From a virus (taxonomy: Duplodnaviria > Caudoviricetes): a stretch of DNA of 25,945 nucleotides. A program made the position numbers and the translations under genes. Within the stretch, counting starts at the first letter, position 1. Each line of letters opens with the position of its first letter. Below, piece after piece: positions 15,440 to 24,718 of the stretch. The stretch covers positions 1 to 25,945 of IMG/VR virus record IMGVR_UViG_3300020460_000049; one strand, given 5' to 3'. Under the pieces are notes generated by a model that saw nothing but the letters and a program-made list of their open reading frames with translations, was not told where the DNA came from and made no database searches.

Positions 15440-17977
15440 ATGGCAGAGCGACAAGCACTTAGATACCAAGTTCTCGACAGTTCGGGTGTACCGATTGCTG
15501 GCGCAAACATTCAGGTAGCTCAGCTAGACACAACCACAGACATTACACAGACCATGTATGCAGGGCTGACAGGCGCTACTACAATCGCGAATCCTCTAGT
15601 AAGCGATGCGTCAGGGTGGGTACAGGCGTACTTTGATGGTACAGATGCAGTCGCATTGAAGCGTGTGACGGTTATTCCTACTAAAACAGGGTTCACATTT
15701 ACCACTCGGAACGTACAACTTGGTTCCGATTACGGTGTATTAGACGATGGCGTAGCACCAATTAAAGCTACAACAGTCGATGCAACAGACAGATTTAACA
15801 TGGCTCGTGGCTCTGCTGGCGATCCAGCGTCCCTTCAAGTGGGCGATATGTGGTACAACACCACGACAAATACCCTTCAGTGGGAAAATAATACAGGTAC
15901 ACAAACAGTTAGCTCCACTACAGGGGACATTACAGGCGTAGAGGCAGGTGACGGACTTACAGGTGGTGGTGTTTCGGGCGACGTTACGCTTAATGTTGGT
16001 GCTGGAAACGCAATCAACGTAGATGCGGACGATGTGGATGTCAGCGTCAACGCAGCATCATCCGCAGCAGCAGCCTTAGCAGGTGACGATAAGATCCTTA
16101 TCTCGGACACAGACGATTCCAATACCACTAAGAGCGCCACGATTTCACAGATCAACCCGACGATGCTCGATGGTGGAACCAACAAAGTTTACTACACCGA
16201 TTCCAGTGGAGATGTCACTGAACTCTCTCTAGGAGCAGCAAATACGGTACTGACATCCGCAGGTGCGACTAGCCCACCTACGTTCAGTGAGGTAGATGCA
16301 GCTCTTGGCGTGGGTGCGGACAAGATTGTGTACACCGACAACAGTGACGTTCTTAGCGGTGTGGCGTTAGGTGCAGCGGGCACAGTACTTACAAGTGCAG
16401 GTGCTACGTCAGCCCCTACATGGGCTGCTGCTTCGGGTGGTCAAGAAGTCACACTAACAGCCGACGGAGCTGTGGCAGCAGGAAAAGTAGTTGCATGGAA
16501 GGCAGGGAAAGCAGTCCAAATAGCAACTGCTACTGCTACGCAATCAAACGGTGGTTCAAATACAGGTGTGGTTACAGAGGCATACCATGGCGATAATGGC
16601 TTCGACGCGAGCTATGACCCTGACAACACCCGAGGTTTCTACGCGATGAACCGCAATCAGTCTTATTACTACCAGTTACACCAGAATGTGATAGGTCTTA
16701 CTGGAACAGCGGCAGCCAGCCCCGCAGTAGCTCCAACCTCAAGCACATTAGCTGATATTGATGGCAACCAGTCTTATGGTGTGGCTTATGCAGGTGTTTC
16801 GTGTTCTTACGACACGGCAAACGATCAACCAATAGTGGCATATCGAAATCTAAGCAATCAGCTTGAGTTTCGCGGCCTTTATTATAACGCAGCTACTACC
16901 TACTACCCATTGAGCTACAGCACAGTTGTCTACTCTGGCGCGATAGGCACTTGCACTGCAATGTGTTGGAATCCAACAACGGAGCAAGTGGTAGTCGTAT
17001 ACACCATCAGTAATGATATGTACATCGTAGTTGGTGACGCGAGTAGTGGAATACCAATAACGTGGGGTTCGGCTGTTCAAGCCGATGCAGGGGTTAATGT
17101 TGACGATAGATTCAACATGGTTTGGGACTCAGATGAGGAAGTCGCTGTATTGATTTACAAAGATAATTCAAGTGGTGGTACAAAGGCACGAGCTTTTTCG
17201 CTCACTGGTAGCGGCGCATCGAGCGCAGTTGTAGCAGGATCGGCAGTGTATTTTGGAGGTACTGAACAGCCTGATAAAAAGCCAGCAGTAGCCTATGACC
17301 CGCAAGCCAAAAAGACATATCTAATATGTAACGCAGGATCAGGTAACTATTTCCTATCAGGATACGTCACTGCATCAGGTACAACCTTAACAGCGAGTAC
17401 ACTCAAAAACTTCGGTGGCGATGTATCGATGGGGTCCAACGGCCAGTATCTCGGACCAGCGCGGGCGGTATCTGGTACAGACATATACGGGGCGATAGTG
17501 ACGTTTAGCAACTATGGCGCATCGCAATATGAGTATATGGGTACTGTTGAGTATCGCGCTGCTACAGACGATGTGTTTTGGAAAGAACAGCCTCACCTGT
17601 TTTCTTCTACAACAACATACGGCCCTATGGTTACTTATGATTCAACAAAAGGATTTGGGTGTACATATTGGATTAATTACAGTAGTACTAGCACCAGTTG
17701 TTGTTATTACATTCCAAACAAAAGCTCTGAGACTGGATCAAACATTCTTGGTATAGCACAAAGCACAGTGGCCGATGGTCAATCCGTGACTATTAGTATG
17801 GCGGGGAAAACGTACACTACCTCTGGTCTGACAGCAGGATCGTTATATTACGCAGCGGGCAATGGGGACGTAAGCACTACAGCAGGACGTTCAGGCACAA
17901 TGGGAAGTCCATTTGCTATAGCGAAAAGCACTACGGAGCTACTGATTATGCGGCAAGTATTTGGTGATACGGCGTAA
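15440..17977 (+). CDS. Fibre/spike protein (845 aa), putative receptor-binding
   Basis: N-terminal 'ANPLVSDASG' anchor-like domain, 'GDITGVEAGDGLTGGG' fibre motif, two 46-aa-spaced repeats (LGAAxTVLTSAGATSxPT, about 16181-16426) and a beta-rich C-terminal head. SD GAGGAG. Confidence 0.75.
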   Translation: MAERQALRYQVLDSSGVPIAGANIQVAQLDTTTDITQTMYAGLTGATTIANPLVSDASGWVQAYFDGTDAVALKRVTVIPTKTGFTFTTRNVQLGSDYGVLDDGVAPIKATTVDATDRFNMARGSAGDPASLQVGDMWYNTTTNTLQWENNTGTQTVSSTTGDITGVEAGDGLTGGGVSGDVTLNVGAGNAINVDADDVDVSVNAASSAAAALAGDDKILISDTDDSNTTKSATISQINPTMLDGGTNKVYYTDSSGDVTELSLGAANTVLTSAGATSPPTFSEVDAALGVGADKIVYTDNSDVLSGVALGAAGTVLTSAGATSAPTWAAASGGQEVTLTADGAVAAGKVVAWKAGKAVQIATATATQSNGGSNTGVVTEAYHGDNGFDASYDPDNTRGFYAMNRNQSYYYQLHQNVIGLTGTAAASPAVAPTSSTLADIDGNQSYGVAYAGVSCSYDTANDQPIVAYRNLSNQLEFRGLYYNAATTYYPLSYSTVVYSGAIGTCTAMCWNPTTEQVVVVYTISNDMYIVVGDASSGIPITWGSAVQADAGVNVDDRFNMVWDSDEEVAVLIYKDNSSGGTKARAFSLTGSGASSAVVAGSAVYFGGTEQPDKKPAVAYDPQAKKTYLICNAGSGNYFLSGYVTASGTTLTASTLKNFGGDVSMGSNGQYLGPARAVSGTDIYGAIVTFSNYGASQYEYMGTVEYRAATDDVFWKEQPHLFSSTTTYGPMVTYDSTKGFGCTYWINYSSTSTSCCYYIPNKSSETGSNILGIAQSTVADGQSVTISMAGKTYTTSGLTAGSLYYAAGNGDVSTTAGRSGTMGSPFAIAKSTTELLIMRQVFGDTA

Positions 17978-17985
17978 GGAGCGAC

Positions 17986-18336
17986 ATGAAACTTATTAGA
18001 AAAAAGTCAGATAACAGTATTCACTTTATGTACCCAGACTCAGCAACGATCACTATCGGTACAGACCAGACAAAGGTAGAAAATCCTAACGAAGCTCTTC
18101 CTGTGCAATACCTACCCAACTTTACTTCTGCTGATTACGACGAAGTAACTGGCGCTGACATACCTACTACATGGTACCCAGACGGGGTGTTATCGCATGA
18201 TGGAAGCGAATATGGCGTAGCTGACGCAACAAAGAAAGCTACATGGGACAAGTTTTACGCCGATGCTGTGACGTATGGAGACAAATTAGAGGCAGGAACA
18301 GCCACCGATGATGACATTCCTGTATTGGGAAGTTAG
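17986..18336 (+). CDS. Small fibre-associated protein (chaperone/tip), hypothetical
   Basis: SD AAGGAG; 116 aa directly after the fibre. Function from position only. Confidence 0.55.
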   Translation: MKLIRKKSDNSIHFMYPDSATITIGTDQTKVENPNEALPVQYLPNFTSADYDEVTGADIPTTWYPDGVLSHDGSEYGVADATKKATWDKFYADAVTYGDKLEAGTATDDDIPVLGS

Positions 18337-18345
18337 GAGCCTGAC

Positions 18346-19716
18346 ATGGTGAGTGGTCCAGTAGGTATAGGATTCCCGACTAGCACCAGTGGAGTCACTA
18401 CGATTTCAGGGTGTGACCTCCTTGTGGGTTTTTCCAAGTTCATTAATGATTACTGGACTAGCGCAACGACCAGTAATGGCTCATCTAGCTTCAATTCACT
18501 CGTCGATACCGCCCTAAAACGGTACGGAGACGACCAAATTGTTGACTTTTATGTCAGAATCACTGAGGCTGGTAGTAATTTAGAGTACCAAGTGCGTCGA
18601 ATAACTCAGTTTTCCGCATCTACGGGAACTGTATTTGTCGATCCACCGTTCACTGAACAGGTCGTTAGTGGCACAGATTACCAGATTCACAGGTACGATC
18701 CGAGCCTTAAGTTTGAATGTTTAGATGAAGCTCGCTTACGAGATGATGTGTTTGAACACGCGTTCAGACTTGTTTACGATGACACCACCACGTCAGACGG
18801 GCTGTCTGATAGTTATGACATTAATCCTAGCCTCCGTTCAGGCCCAATGTATGTGTTTGTGGAAGATCCTCAATCAGTAGATGCAGACTGGAACGTCCTG
18901 TCTAACCCCATAGGTGACACAGTAACCAATTGGACCGTGTCTGGCGCGACAGCCACAATTGTGAACGAGAGTAACGCTGACAGACTTATTCCGAAGTACG
19001 ACACGAGCTGCATGAAAGTCGCTGCTGCGGCTGCTGCAACAGGCACCGTAGCTCAAACAGTAAGCAGCATGTCTATTACGGCGGCTCAAGCTGCTGGTAG
19101 GCGTATGACGTTTGGTATGTGGGTATACACCCGCGATACTGCTGGCGTAAAGATACAGTTTACTGACGATGATGGAGACACGGCATCTTCTTTGCATGGC
19201 GGTACTGGATGGGAACTACTGACAGTAGAAAAGAGTATTTCTCCCACCAATGCCACTACTCTTACAGCAGCATTAATAGTGGCGGGAGGAACAACAGGTG
19301 CAACAGCGTTCTTCAATCGTGCATGGGTGTATTACGGGGAGTCAAATCTTATACAGGACGTGTACCCGTGGAAAGATGCGCTTCTCCTTCGGCGAGACGC
19401 AACTACCCAGAGGGTTAAATTGGCGTGGGTTCCTGTTGCTGGCCGACAGATCAGGATGGTGGGTAGACAATACCTCTCTGAATTAGGCTCTGTAGCTAGT
19501 ACGCAATGCACTAATACGATGGAACTGGATGAGGGTAGCGCGCAGATTCTTTATGGCGCAGCGGCAGAAATATTATACGAACGTGAGGGACTAACAACAG
19601 AGGAGTTTGAGGCTATAGCAAGGCGAATCCAGCTTATAGATAGAAAGAAGGATGCGACTAAGGCGTGGGGCTATGTGATTCCACAAGTCCCTATGATCCG
19701 TAGTCCCTATCAGTAA
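18346..19716 (+). CDS. Head-tail adaptor/tail tubular-A-like protein with inserted CBM-like jelly-roll
   Basis: Position before the nozzle gene. C-terminal 'VKLAWVP...IRMVG...ILYGAAAEIL' resembles adaptor ends. Central 'GRRMTFGMWVYT...HGGTGWELLTV' resembles CBM4/9-type domains. Confidence 0.55.
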   Translation: MVSGPVGIGFPTSTSGVTTISGCDLLVGFSKFINDYWTSATTSNGSSSFNSLVDTALKRYGDDQIVDFYVRITEAGSNLEYQVRRITQFSASTGTVFVDPPFTEQVVSGTDYQIHRYDPSLKFECLDEARLRDDVFEHAFRLVYDDTTTSDGLSDSYDINPSLRSGPMYVFVEDPQSVDADWNVLSNPIGDTVTNWTVSGATATIVNESNADRLIPKYDTSCMKVAAAAAATGTVAQTVSSMSITAAQAAGRRMTFGMWVYTRDTAGVKIQFTDDDGDTASSLHGGTGWELLTVEKSISPTNATTLTAALIVAGGTTGATAFFNRAWVYYGESNLIQDVYPWKDALLLRRDATTQRVKLAWVPVAGRQIRMVGRQYLSELGSVASTQCTNTMELDEGSAQILYGAAAEILYEREGLTTEEFEAIARRIQLIDRKKDATKAWGYVIPQVPMIRSPYQ

Positions 19717-21794
19717 TGGCCCTTATAAGTACAGGCTCCCGCGTAGACACTCCCTATGATGTGTACCTTGAGGTAGACAACCAAAAGGTTGGGTTCATGC
19801 TCAACGAAATAGAGGGGGTCATGGGGTATCGTGCATCCCTAGCTGACCAAATTACACCGCAGTTTAATACAGCTTCATACGATTACGCTTCTGTTCCTAT
19901 CGAGGTGGAGATACCAGTCGCGTATGAGAACTGGCAAGGTGGTTGCGGCTTTACTTCAGTGGAATATGAGGAGTCTGGGTCTCTCTCTAAGTATTCGTTT
20001 ACCCGTGGTGTGGATGCGAGTTACGCGAATCGCTTATATGCAGGTCCGTATCACTACCAGAACTATGTGTCTGGCTCGACCAACATGTTCACGGCAGGAG
20101 ATGCCGCTAATCCAGAAGTGAAGTTTATGTATTCCGCTTCTACGGCTAACCTGTGGGCATTCGGCGGGCGGTACTTGTATAAGCACTCTGCTGGTACATC
20201 GTGGACGCTTGTATGGTCGTTACCTGAAGGCTATTACTTTAGTGACATGATTGACTTTAATGACACATTGTTTTTTGCCGTAGCGTTGACAAGCAATAAG
20301 GCACCAATCAACTATTACTACTCGACCGACGGTGTGGCAAACGTTATACAGTCATCACTAGCCAACTCAGCTGTATTGTTCTTTGCTATCCGTGGTGAGT
20401 CGTCTGGTAGTGCGGTGTTGTGGTCATGTGATGGAAATGGTCATTTGCGTACCAACGTAGACGGTACCAATACAGGTGGTGCATGGTCTGGCTCGATTGC
20501 TATGGGGAGCACTAATAATGATTGGGTAACTGGACTCGCAATTGTAGGTAACTATGTGTATGTCTTTAAGGTGAACTCAATCTGGCGTACAGACGGGACT
20601 GATTCCTTAAGTGTATGGGAAAGCAAGGGTGACAACGAAGTCTGGAACACCAACGCTGGTAACGGGTCGCGTCCCTATGTATGGATTGATGGGAATTGCT
20701 ATGTCCAATACGGGCGTAGGTTGTTGCAACTTAACGCTACTAATAACTCACTGACTATTGTGTGGCCTCCAAGCGCTGCTCAAGTAGGGTCTGAAGAATT
20801 GGATGGACGCATTACTGGCATTACTGGTGATTCTGATTGGGTGTACTTTTCTTTGGTAAACAGCATCGGTGTGTCCTACATTATGAAAGGTAAGCCCAAC
20901 ACAACTAACTGGCATACGCTCACGTTCACTGAAACCCCTGCAATTAAAGGCCTGTACGTAGCTGGAGACAGCATCTTGAACTCCACTAACCCGTGGATTT
21001 TGTATGGTACGGATGGAACAGGAACTAATGCCCCGTCATACGGGACGTTGCGTGGCGTGATTTTGCCAAAGACAGGGATGCTGCCAGACACCGATCCTGA
21101 TTACCAGTTCGCGCAGTCATCGGAGAATCAGTACATTGTGGGTCCGTGGATGGATGTAGGGCAGGCTGCGTCGCCCAAGCTGCTCAATGGAGCAAGAATA
21201 TTATCCCGCAATGCTAACGAAGCGTCGCCTACTACAATCAGTTACGTGAGGGACTCAAGTAATTATCAAGACACCTTCATACAGAACGTACAAAAGGGGG
21301 ACATTACGGGGACTGTTATAGGTACAGCTACAGATGATGACGCGAACTTTAACATCAGTGCTGAAATACGCTTTAACAAAATACGGTACATCCTGAAGAT
21401 GGCTCGTCCTATCGGTGGTACGAACGTAGCGTCAGTAGAGTCTGCTGTATTAGATACGACCATTGCCCCTCAGCGTCGTCGCATGTTCGAGATGGACTTT
21501 CTAGTAGCTGACGATCTTCCACTTAAGGGTGGGGGAAAATCTCGCTATGGAGCAAAGGTGTCAGAGGAGTTTTTGTTCAACTCTGCCAATAGGCTTATTA
21601 CCCTGACAGACATATTCAACAGGACGTATTCAGTCAAGATGCTCAACCTGAGATCTGCTGGTGTAATCCCGCAAGACGGTAGGGATACGCAGGTATACAC
21701 TGTTTCGTTCGCAGAAATTAATAACCTGACTGACATCGGTGACAATTTGATCTATGATGTAAGTGCATGGAACACAGGAAAGGTGTACAGCTAA
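19716..21794 (+). CDS. Tail nozzle/stabilisation protein (tubular-B/P22 gp10-like beta-propeller)
   Basis: 692 aa with repeated propeller-like strands ('DMIDFNDTLFFA', 'GLAIVGNYVYVFK', 'ITGITGDSDWVY'); TAATG-coupled. Confidence 0.65.
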   Translation: MALISTGSRVDTPYDVYLEVDNQKVGFMLNEIEGVMGYRASLADQITPQFNTASYDYASVPIEVEIPVAYENWQGGCGFTSVEYEESGSLSKYSFTRGVDASYANRLYAGPYHYQNYVSGSTNMFTAGDAANPEVKFMYSASTANLWAFGGRYLYKHSAGTSWTLVWSLPEGYYFSDMIDFNDTLFFAVALTSNKAPINYYYSTDGVANVIQSSLANSAVLFFAIRGESSGSAVLWSCDGNGHLRTNVDGTNTGGAWSGSIAMGSTNNDWVTGLAIVGNYVYVFKVNSIWRTDGTDSLSVWESKGDNEVWNTNAGNGSRPYVWIDGNCYVQYGRRLLQLNATNNSLTIVWPPSAAQVGSEELDGRITGITGDSDWVYFSLVNSIGVSYIMKGKPNTTNWHTLTFTETPAIKGLYVAGDSILNSTNPWILYGTDGTGTNAPSYGTLRGVILPKTGMLPDTDPDYQFAQSSENQYIVGPWMDVGQAASPKLLNGARILSRNANEASPTTISYVRDSSNYQDTFIQNVQKGDITGTVIGTATDDDANFNISAEIRFNKIRYILKMARPIGGTNVASVESAVLDTTIAPQRRRMFEMDFLVADDLPLKGGGKSRYGAKVSEEFLFNSANRLITLTDIFNRTYSVKMLNLRSAGVIPQDGRDTQVYTVSFAEINNLTDIGDNLIYDVSAWNTGKVYS

Positions 21795-22619
21795 GTGGCC
21801 TTAACAAATGTGACTGCTGGCGATACCGCCAATGCAAGCGACCTCAACCAGTACAAAGAAGCACTGGAGGGGACTCGTGATTTCATACCTACGATTAAAG
21901 CTGCGTCGGGCGCAGACATAACCCTTCAGTTAGCTGATTCAGCTGGCGCTAGGAAAATGATCGTAGAAAACTCTGCTGGTACTGACAGCTTGGTGGTTAG
22001 CTCTGATGGGACTGTTACTCCCACCCTGCTAGCTATAACAGGGAGTGCTTCACCCTCAAACACTAACGCAGGGTATGTACAGTACAACAACTCTAAGAAT
22101 GTGCTCGTGTATGGGAACGGTACGCAGATTGTTGAGGTGGCTGATGGCGCAAGCACCACGCTTGCTCTCTTAAGTGCCGAGGCCACTGTCAATAACAGCA
22201 CCACGCTCACCACCATTTCGGATTTCACCATCCCATTGGTAGCGAGTGGCACATACGTAGCAGAAATGGTGTTGATATACCTGACTGGTACAACTCCTGA
22301 CATTAAATTCGCATGGGACATTACGGGTGTAACAGGGACAACTATTGAGTGGGGTCAGACTGGAGCGTCAGCAATTAACGCTAGTACGAGTCCGTCAGCG
22401 TCAACTTCGTACAACTCTATGCACACAGTTACCGAAACGATGGTGCTGTCTGGGCAAGGCACGTCCTCCAATAACAAGGTTATTGTTCCTATTTTTGCCA
22501 CAATACATAACAGTTCAACTGCTGGTGATTTGCGCTTTCAGTTTGCACAAGATACAGCTGACGCGTCAGACACCAAGCTGCTTGTAGGGAGTTATATAAA
22601 AGCAACAAGGAATGCCTAA
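21795..22619 (+). CDS. Short tail fibre/spike (274 aa)
   Basis: GTG start directly after the upstream TAA. N-terminal 'VTAGDTANASDLN' virion-anchor motif and a beta-sandwich C-terminus ('GDLRFQFAQ'). Confidence 0.65.
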   Translation: MALTNVTAGDTANASDLNQYKEALEGTRDFIPTIKAASGADITLQLADSAGARKMIVENSAGTDSLVVSSDGTVTPTLLAITGSASPSNTNAGYVQYNNSKNVLVYGNGTQIVEVADGASTTLALLSAEATVNNSTTLTTISDFTIPLVASGTYVAEMVLIYLTGTTPDIKFAWDITGVTGTTIEWGQTGASAINASTSPSASTSYNSMHTVTETMVLSGQGTSSNNKVIVPIFATIHNSSTAGDLRFQFAQDTADASDTKLLVGSYIKATRNA

Positions 22620-23611
22620 TGGACGAAAAGAAAAAGCCTTCATTTTTTAAGCGACTCTTTACGATTAAGGACGTTCATTTACCGCCCATACGATTACGTG
22701 CTCCGAACTGGAGAACGCCAGAAATTAACCTGCGTATGCCAAGCATCAATGGGTGGCAGCCACCCAACTTACGCATTGCATCTATAAAGGGGCTACACAT
22801 CACAGGCGGCGTGTGGAAGGTTGGTACTTGGGGAATTGCGGTAGGACTTTTAGTAACGGGCTTTGCTATTGGTACCTCAGTCGTGTTTACGCGCGCGGCA
22901 CCGCATTTCCCTGAGCCAGCCCAATACTACGTGGCTGCTGTAGAGCCAGACAGGACTCTCAAGGTCGGTAAAGATTGGGAATTTGAGGAAACAACACCTG
23001 CTGATGTACGTGAAACACAGGTAAATACCCTGCAACTCAACATGAGTGGGGCTAGAGCAGCGGACATTACGATGTCTGACTTGGAGATTGGTAAGGCAGA
23101 TCTCGGTCAGGTTGCTGCCATTCAGGTGGTTGGTAGTCTGGCAAACAACGACGCTTTCTACCTTGAATGTGATGAGATCATCATTCAGAACGTAGAAGCT
23201 AAGACTTTGAACCTAGCGAACTCGGAGATTTACACGCTCAACATCCTCAATAACGTGTCAGATGGTATATCTATAGGGCCAACGCTGAACTCAGCGGTGC
23301 TTGACATCACTGTTACCAGTACTCGTGGCTCTGTAAAGGTACCTGCTGTGACCACTGGTTCATTCGACAAGATAATCATTGACACACAAACTGCGTCATC
23401 TCAATGTAAAACGTTAACCATCTCGAACGTATCAGCCTTTGGTTCTGGTATAGATCTCGATCACATAAAGGCGGGGACCCTGACCATTAGTGGAAGCAAG
23501 ATAGGGAGTGGGTCAGGTATTAACTCACCAGACTTTGTTATAGCAAACACGACAAAGATTCAGGTGTTGAACGCTACAGGGAATACGGAAGCACCTGTCT
23601 CCGTTAAATAG
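22619..23611 (+). CDS. Membrane-anchored protein with beta-helix-like extracellular domain
   Basis: Basic, Pro-rich N-terminus, one TM segment (WGIAVGLLVTGFAIGTSVVF), then I/L/T/S/N-rich repetitive beta strands. Confidence 0.65.
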   Translation: MDEKKKPSFFKRLFTIKDVHLPPIRLRAPNWRTPEINLRMPSINGWQPPNLRIASIKGLHITGGVWKVGTWGIAVGLLVTGFAIGTSVVFTRAAPHFPEPAQYYVAAVEPDRTLKVGKDWEFEETTPADVRETQVNTLQLNMSGARAADITMSDLEIGKADLGQVAAIQVVGSLANNDAFYLECDEIIIQNVEAKTLNLANSEIYTLNILNNVSDGISIGPTLNSAVLDITVTSTRGSVKVPAVTTGSFDKIIIDTQTASSQCKTLTISNVSAFGSGIDLDHIKAGTLTISGSKIGSGSGINSPDFVIANTTKIQVLNATGNTEAPVSVK

Positions 23612-23622
23612 AAAGTTGTCCT

Positions 23623-23883
23623 ATGGCTAAAGACCCACGGCTAGCAAGAGTAGGTGTGTCTGGGTATAACCAACCTAAAAGAACTCCTAAGCATCCCAAA
23701 AAATCACACGTTGTAGTAGCTAAAGAGGGCAGCAAAGTGAAGACAATTCGTTTTGGGCAACAAGGTGTAAGAGGAGACAGAAAAAACACTGCGCGAGCAC
23801 GTTCTTTCAAAGCGCGACATGCTAAAAACATTGCTAAGGGTAAGATGTCAGCAGCGTATTGGGCGAACAAGGTCAAATGGTAA
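23623..23883 (+). CDS. Conserved small basic phage protein of unknown function
   Basis: 'KSHVVVAKEG.KVKTIRFGQQG...RSFKARH...SAAYWANKVKW', a motif I recognise from aquatic phage hypothetical proteins. Confidence 0.8.
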   Translation: MAKDPRLARVGVSGYNQPKRTPKHPKKSHVVVAKEGSKVKTIRFGQQGVRGDRKNTARARSFKARHAKNIAKGKMSAAYWANKVKW

Positions 23884-23889
23884 AAGCCT

Positions 23890-24462
23890 ATGAGACTAGC
23901 AATAGCCATAGGATTAGCTCTTACAGTTGTACTTCTTGCGCCTACCGCTCTATCTAATCAGCTATATATTAGCTATGCAGTGCCACCGCCACCTGTTATA
24001 CAAGTCCACCAGCCCCTCGTAATGGCCCCTGTAACGCCTCTGAGCGAGGGTATAGGCGCTAGAACGATGAAAGACATTAGTTTATCCACCGACAATGCGT
24101 CACGGGACGTAGAGTTCTTGTCTTATTGGGACCTGATGTTTGTGTTAGCTGAGACTTCGTGGCGGCCATACATAACGTCCAACACATTCTATGCGGAGGA
24201 GCTAGGGATGTTCTTCCATGACGATTACTACAGGGACAAGCTGTATGCCCTGATGATGTGTGAAAGCTCGGGCAGAGTGGATGCCATAGGTGACGTGGGT
24301 TTAGGTAGGGGTATTTCGGCAGGGTTATTCCAGATAAATACAGGGTACTGGCCTGAGCTAGCGCAGAAATATAACTTCTTCATACCTGAAGAGAACGCTC
24401 AGGCAGCGTATGAGGTATGGATGATACAGGGATGGGAGGCGTGGAGCTGTCATGGCAGATGA
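23890..24462 (+). CDS. Exported lytic transglycosylase (SLT/Rpf-like lysozyme fold)
   Basis: N-terminal signal/anchor (MRLAIAIGLALTVVLLAPTALS), catalytic 'CESSG', 'AGLFQI', 'ENAQAA', 'GWEAWSC'. Confidence 0.82.
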   Translation: MRLAIAIGLALTVVLLAPTALSNQLYISYAVPPPPVIQVHQPLVMAPVTPLSEGIGARTMKDISLSTDNASRDVEFLSYWDLMFVLAETSWRPYITSNTFYAEELGMFFHDDYYRDKLYALMMCESSGRVDAIGDVGLGRGISAGLFQINTGYWPELAQKYNFFIPEENAQAAYEVWMIQGWEAWSCHGR

Positions 24463-24718
24463 AGAACCAAAGCGTAACGGCACTACCATCACAGGTGTAC
24501 AGCTATTGGTGGGTATCATCTTTGTTCCTGTCGTGATGGTTTGGTTAGCTCTAGGAGCAAGAATCATTTGGTCTGCTACAGGAAACCCAGAAACTCTTGA
24601 TTCAATTGAGGGCTTGCTCACAGCTCTCGCGGTCCTTTCGCTACCTGTGTCAGCTGGATTGGGGAAATTGTTTGAGGCGTTCAGTGCTGAGATTGAGGTA
24701 AGAAAGCGAGATGAATAA
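24452..24718 (+). CDS. Two-TM small membrane protein, holin/antiholin candidate
   Basis: 88 aa, two hydrophobic helices, charged termini, inside the lysis cluster. GGAG upstream of ATG. Confidence 0.55.
   Translation: MADEEPKRNGTTITGVQLLVGIIFVPVVMVWLALGARIIWSATGNPETLDSIEGLLTALAVLSLPVSAGLGKLFEAFSAEIEVRKRDE

Noticed and set aside
15440-22619. Diversity-generating retroelement targeting the fibres
   Set aside because: No reverse transcriptase and no TR/VR duplicate pair visible in the window.
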